25,855 nt of DNA from positions 1 to 25,855 of the IMG/VR virus record IMGVR_UViG_3300048598_000462; one strand, written 5' to 3'. How positions within the stretch are numbered: position 1 is the stretch's first letter; every line of letters starts with the position of its first letter. The position numbers were made by a program, and so were the translations under genes. Origin of the DNA: a virus (Duplodnaviria > Caudoviricetes). Below are positions 22,482 through 25,855 of this stretch, one piece after another. The notes beneath the pieces were generated by a model. The model was not told the origin of the DNA. It did no database searches and was given only the letters and a program-made list of their open reading frames with translations.

Positions 22482-23855
22482 TCATGCAGCCAGGGCCTTC
22501 GCAATTGCGGTGGTCTTGGGCTTGGTTTGTTTCAGCGATTTCGCCTCCGCCTGCCATTCCCGATAGAATCGTAGTGCGGCCCGAAGATCGGATCGCATTC
22601 CCTTAGACAGTCGAGCGAAGCCGGGGATGGATTCGAGCGTGGACAATTCGATGGCAGCGTCCGCGAAAGTCCGCCCGTTCAAGAAGCGTCGCGCCCTATT
22701 CAAGCGGCTCTTGGCATTCCGGATAGCGAGTTTGGTGAAACCATGCTGCCGACTTAACCATTGACCATACCGACCTTGAATTTCCGGAATGGTCTCGCCC
22801 GCCTCTCGCGCGAGAATGACTCGACCAATCGCTTCGGCCAATGGTGCCGGAACCGCGTTTGCGATCATTTGGTCGACATCCCGCGACGGTGCCGAGGACC
22901 AGTCCCATCCAATCGGAAAGCCTTGGATTCGCGAGACTTGATCTTGAGTCAGCACCGCAGCCAGTGTGGCGGGGACGGGATCGGCAGGATGAGGGTTGGC
23001 GAGATAGTGCGGACGAGGACGTTCTCGTGTCGTTCGGATGACGGCCGGCGCAGGCTCGTCGAGTGTCCGGACACCACGCCCCTCGTGGAATGGCCTCGTG
23101 TAGAACGCGCCAGTCTCGACAAGGGTAGCGTCGGCAGGGTGCGGCTTATAATTCGGCGGGATCGGTCTTTTAGAAGATCGACATATCGTAGGAGCAGGCC
23201 CGTCCGTGCTCCAGATTCCGCGGTTTCCAGAAACCCTTGGCTGGAAATAGCAGGCATCGCCAAGCGCATTGCCGAGCATGTCCCGGATCGTCATTTGCTT
23301 CTCGGATCGCGCCGAGGCCAAAGCGGATTCCAGAAATCCGTCCTGTTCGCCGAGCTGCCCGATCACGAACAGGCGTCGTCGCCGCTGCGGAACGCCATAC
23401 AGCGAGGCATCGAGTTTGGATTCCGTGAGCCCGTACCCGGCTTTCACCAGCATGGCGCGGGCATCCGCCCATGCCTGCGAACGCGCGGCTAAGGGGACGT
23501 TTTCCATCAAGAACCATCGCGGGCGGACGACGGCGACCAACATCGCGAACGCCCTGGTCAGGGCGGCACGCTCGCCCTCGACCCTCTCACCGGCCGCGGA
23601 AAAATCCTGGCACGGCGGCCCGCCGCAGATCATATCCGGGGCCAGAGCCGCAAGCATCGGCCCGATCCGGAAAATGTCCTTGAGGTCGACTTGCCAGACG
23701 TGGCTGCCGATGTTTCGGCGATACACCTCGACCGCTTTGTCCCAGGAATCGTATGCCTGAATAATCTCGCACCCGGCGCGTTTGAGTCCGAGGGACATAC
23801 CCCCGGCGCCAGAGAAAAGTTCAATCGTTCTCACGTCAACCCAGCCCAAAACCAT
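22482..23855 (-). CDS. C5 cytosine DNA methyltransferase (start possibly GTG 23834)
   Basis: Motif I LFSGAGG, IV GPPCQDFS, VI ENV, VIII QRRRR, IX RIQGFP, X IANAV. Confidence 0.95.
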   Translation of the reverse strand: MVLGWVDVRTIELFSGAGGMSLGLKRAGCEIIQAYDSWDKAVEVYRRNIGSHVWQVDLKDIFRIGPMLAALAPDMICGGPPCQDFSAAGERVEGERAALTRAFAMLVAVVRPRWFLMENVPLAARSQAWADARAMLVKAGYGLTESKLDASLYGVPQRRRRLFVIGQLGEQDGFLESALASARSEKQMTIRDMLGNALGDACYFQPRVSGNRGIWSTDGPAPTICRSSKRPIPPNYKPHPADATLVETGAFYTRPFHEGRGVRTLDEPAPAVIRTTRERPRPHYLANPHPADPVPATLAAVLTQDQVSRIQGFPIGWDWSSAPSRDVDQMIANAVPAPLAEAIGRVILAREAGETIPEIQGRYGQWLSRQHGFTKLAIRNAKSRLNRARRFLNGRTFADAAIELSTLESIPGFARLSKGMRSDLRAALRFYREWQAEAKSLKQTKPKTTAIAKALAA

Positions 23856-24039
23856 AGCGTACTTGGTTGCTACGGTTTCAGGGGTTGAAAATTGGTTACG
23901 GGAGGGCTTTTCGGGGCCTTGTGACGCATGGCCTCGCCAGCGTCTGGCAGCGGCGATGTAGCACCCATCTTGTCACGCGCGATTTCTCGACGGAGCATTT
24001 TTATCTGGGGCTGTAGCACTGGCGCTCGGGGGAAAGCCG

Positions 24040-25254
24040 TTGAATGCCATCGTGGGGGAAATAAGCGGGCAGAAATTGTCGCCGACGCAATCGGCGAGAC
24101 TGATTGCTGGCCGATTGGAAGGGCTGGGTCATCATCCGTTTCAATCGGATCGCGAACGTTATCTCGTGCTGCTTGAGGATCGTCCCGGAGACATCGTCGA
24201 ACTCGGCCGAACGCTGCGCGGATCGCGTCTGTTCAAAAAATCGGTGCTCGCGCGCGACATCACGATGATCCACGACATCGAGGCGTTTGCGGCGGCGTGC
24301 GAGGGTGAGGAATGGCTATACTGGAATGTCGGCCTGACTGGCGCGAAGGCCGATGTTGGCAGCCTCGTGGAAGCCAACGAGGAATTCAATCGACTCATCA
24401 ATATTCATTTCCGGGAAATGCGACGCCGCAACGGCTTCCAATTGATTCTGATCGTGGTCCATCCGAGGTTCGACCCGTTCACCGGTCGCTTCGACCTGCA
24501 CGCCCACTTCATCTGCCGCATTCCGCGCGAACACAGGGAGGCGGCACGCCGACGTCTCCTGACCGCATTTTCCAAAGCCGACGTTCCGGACGATCCCGTC
24601 CGCAATGCCGTAGCCTGTGCCACCTACATGATCTGGGGTATCGCCGATCCTCGGGAAACCATCGGGCTTCCGGACGATGCCCTTTCGGACCTGTGGCGGC
24701 TTTCTCGCTCGAAGGCCCGTATGGTTCGGACAGGCGAACGGTTCGGCAAATGGCGAAGCGCCGCCCGTGCGGCCGAGGCAGCCGAACGCGAACGGCAGGG
24801 GCTTTCCAAACGGAAAAAGCGAACGACAACTCCGCAGCCACAATCCGACGAGCATGATCGCGTGCTGGCGAAGACGTTTGCGACGATCGATGGCAAAAAA
24901 ATCGCCGTGATGGTGTGCGAGCGGCGATCTGCCGTTCCGGAAAGCGACGGTGCCATTCCGCCTGTCGCTCCCATGGACATCCCGCCCCCAGACTCTCCTT
25001 CAGCGACTATCCGCATAACTCAGGACTCGATCAACGACACAACTATTCAGGTCGCAGGTACGAGCGACGCGCCCAAAACAATCACCCCCGCCAACGCCCC
25101 AGAGCAGAGGATTGACGGGGGTATATGGAATCGCGCGGGAAAGTTGGTCAGAACCGTAGTCGTTGCCGTTGCACGTATGCTCCGCGCGTCTACGGCGTTG
25201 CTTCGCGCAATTGCATCGCGCGGGCTCGTTCGGTGCCGTGGTCCGCCCCGATGA
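24040..25254 (+). CDS. HUH-motif protein, putative rolling-circle Rep-like; start uncertain
   Basis: HPRFD...FDLHAHFIC (HUH) followed by ACATYMIW (candidate catalytic Tyr); low-complexity C-terminal third. Confidence 0.5.
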   Translation: MNAIVGEISGQKLSPTQSARLIAGRLEGLGHHPFQSDRERYLVLLEDRPGDIVELGRTLRGSRLFKKSVLARDITMIHDIEAFAAACEGEEWLYWNVGLTGAKADVGSLVEANEEFNRLINIHFREMRRRNGFQLILIVVHPRFDPFTGRFDLHAHFICRIPREHREAARRRLLTAFSKADVPDDPVRNAVACATYMIWGIADPRETIGLPDDALSDLWRLSRSKARMVRTGERFGKWRSAARAAEAAERERQGLSKRKKRTTTPQPQSDEHDRVLAKTFATIDGKKIAVMVCERRSAVPESDGAIPPVAPMDIPPPDSPSATIRITQDSINDTTIQVAGTSDAPKTITPANAPEQRIDGGIWNRAGKLVRTVVVAVARMLRASTALLRAIASRGLVRCRGPPR

Positions 25255-25855
25255 CCTTCCGCCCATCCGCACGGATCGATCCGTCTGGACCGACATGGCG
25301 ATACAGCGTCTGACGCGATACGCCCAATTCACGGCACAGATCGGCGACATTGGTTTCTGGTTGTCCCATAGCAGCCTGAGCGAGACGGACCTTCGCGGGC
25401 GTCATTGCCGCTTTCCGTCCGCCGACACGGCCACGGGCGCGAGCCGACGCAAGGCCCGCAATCGTCCGTTCCCGGATCAACTCGCGTTCGAATTCGGCCA
25501 ACGTCGCGAAAATCCCGAACATCAGCTTGCCTTGCGCGGTGGTCGTGTCGATGGCCCCATGACCAGTAAGGACGCGAAGACCGACACCACGTCGGGCCAG
25601 ATCATCGACGGTGGTCACGAGGTGACGGAGATCGCGACCGAGCCGATCCAGTTTCCACACGACCAGCGTGTCCCCAGAGCGTAGCGCCTTGACGCAATGC
25701 CCCAGTCCAGGGCGATCATCGCGGCTTCCGGATACGTGATCCTGGTAGATCATGTCGGAGCGGACACCCGCTGCCACCAGCGCATCGCGTTGAAGGTCGA
25801 CGACTTGCGACCCGTCTGCTTTGGAAACCCTCGCGTATCCGATTAACTCACTCAT
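25190..25855 (-). CDS. Serine recombinase (resolvase/invertase) with Hin-type HTH
   Basis: IGYARVS catalytic Ser, VWKLDRLGR, AEFERELIRERT.AGL..ARARGRVGGR, LGVSRQTLYR. Confidence 0.95.
   Translation of the reverse strand: MSELIGYARVSKADGSQVVDLQRDALVAAGVRSDMIYQDHVSGSRDDRPGLGHCVKALRSGDTLVVWKLDRLGRDLRHLVTTVDDLARRGVGLRVLTGHGAIDTTTAQGKLMFGIFATLAEFERELIRERTIAGLASARARGRVGGRKAAMTPAKVRLAQAAMGQPETNVADLCRELGVSRQTLYRHVGPDGSIRADGRKVIGADHGTERARAMQLREATP

Larger units (their letters stand above)
19658..25855. mobile_element. Second integrative island at the same tRNA; right end beyond the window
   Basis: Its integrase begins 68 bp after the tRNA 3'-end copy. Cargo is an Abi-like protein, a methyltransferase, a HUH Rep-like ORF and a resolvase. 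Confidence 0.75.

Noticed and set aside
24819-24830. GCGAACGACAAC (ANDN-coding 12-mer) in element 2
   Set aside because: It is out of frame in the 404-aa ORF (reads KRTTT), so it is not counted as a degron. It is a caveat that the motif can arise by chance or act at nucleotide level.

Overview
The window holds two mobile elements in tandem at the 3' end of a tRNA-Glu gene, in what looks like an alphaproteobacterial (Rhizobiales-like) GC-rich genome. Element 1 (27..19657, about 19.6 kb) is bounded by a 16-bp direct repeat of the tRNA 3' end (CCCTAGGGAGCGCCAA). It carries int/xis, a small RHH regulator, a Rep with internal iterons, a complete HK97-type head and packaging set, neck proteins, a tail tube, three chaperone-like genes, a tape measure and a distal-tail-like gene. 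I see no tail hub/tip, receptor-binding fibre, lysis genes or CI repressor. It therefore looks like a compact capsid- and tail-shaft-forming satellite that needs a helper for the tail tip and lysis. The att core lies inside the integrase ORF. Rebuilding attP by hand swaps an 8-aa tRNA-derived C-terminus for a 54-aa one whose stop overlaps (ATGA) the first replication-operon gene, so excision would fuse the int operon to the rep operon. The portal ends in an ssrA/tmRNA-tag-like ANDNKPQEAAA, and many proteins end in Ala-Ala. Element 2 (from about 19658, extending past the window) has a second tyrosine integrase, an Abi_C/HEPN-type protein, a C5 DNA methyltransferase, a HUH Rep-like ORF and a serine resolvase. 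All family calls are by-eye motif recognition; no searches were run.
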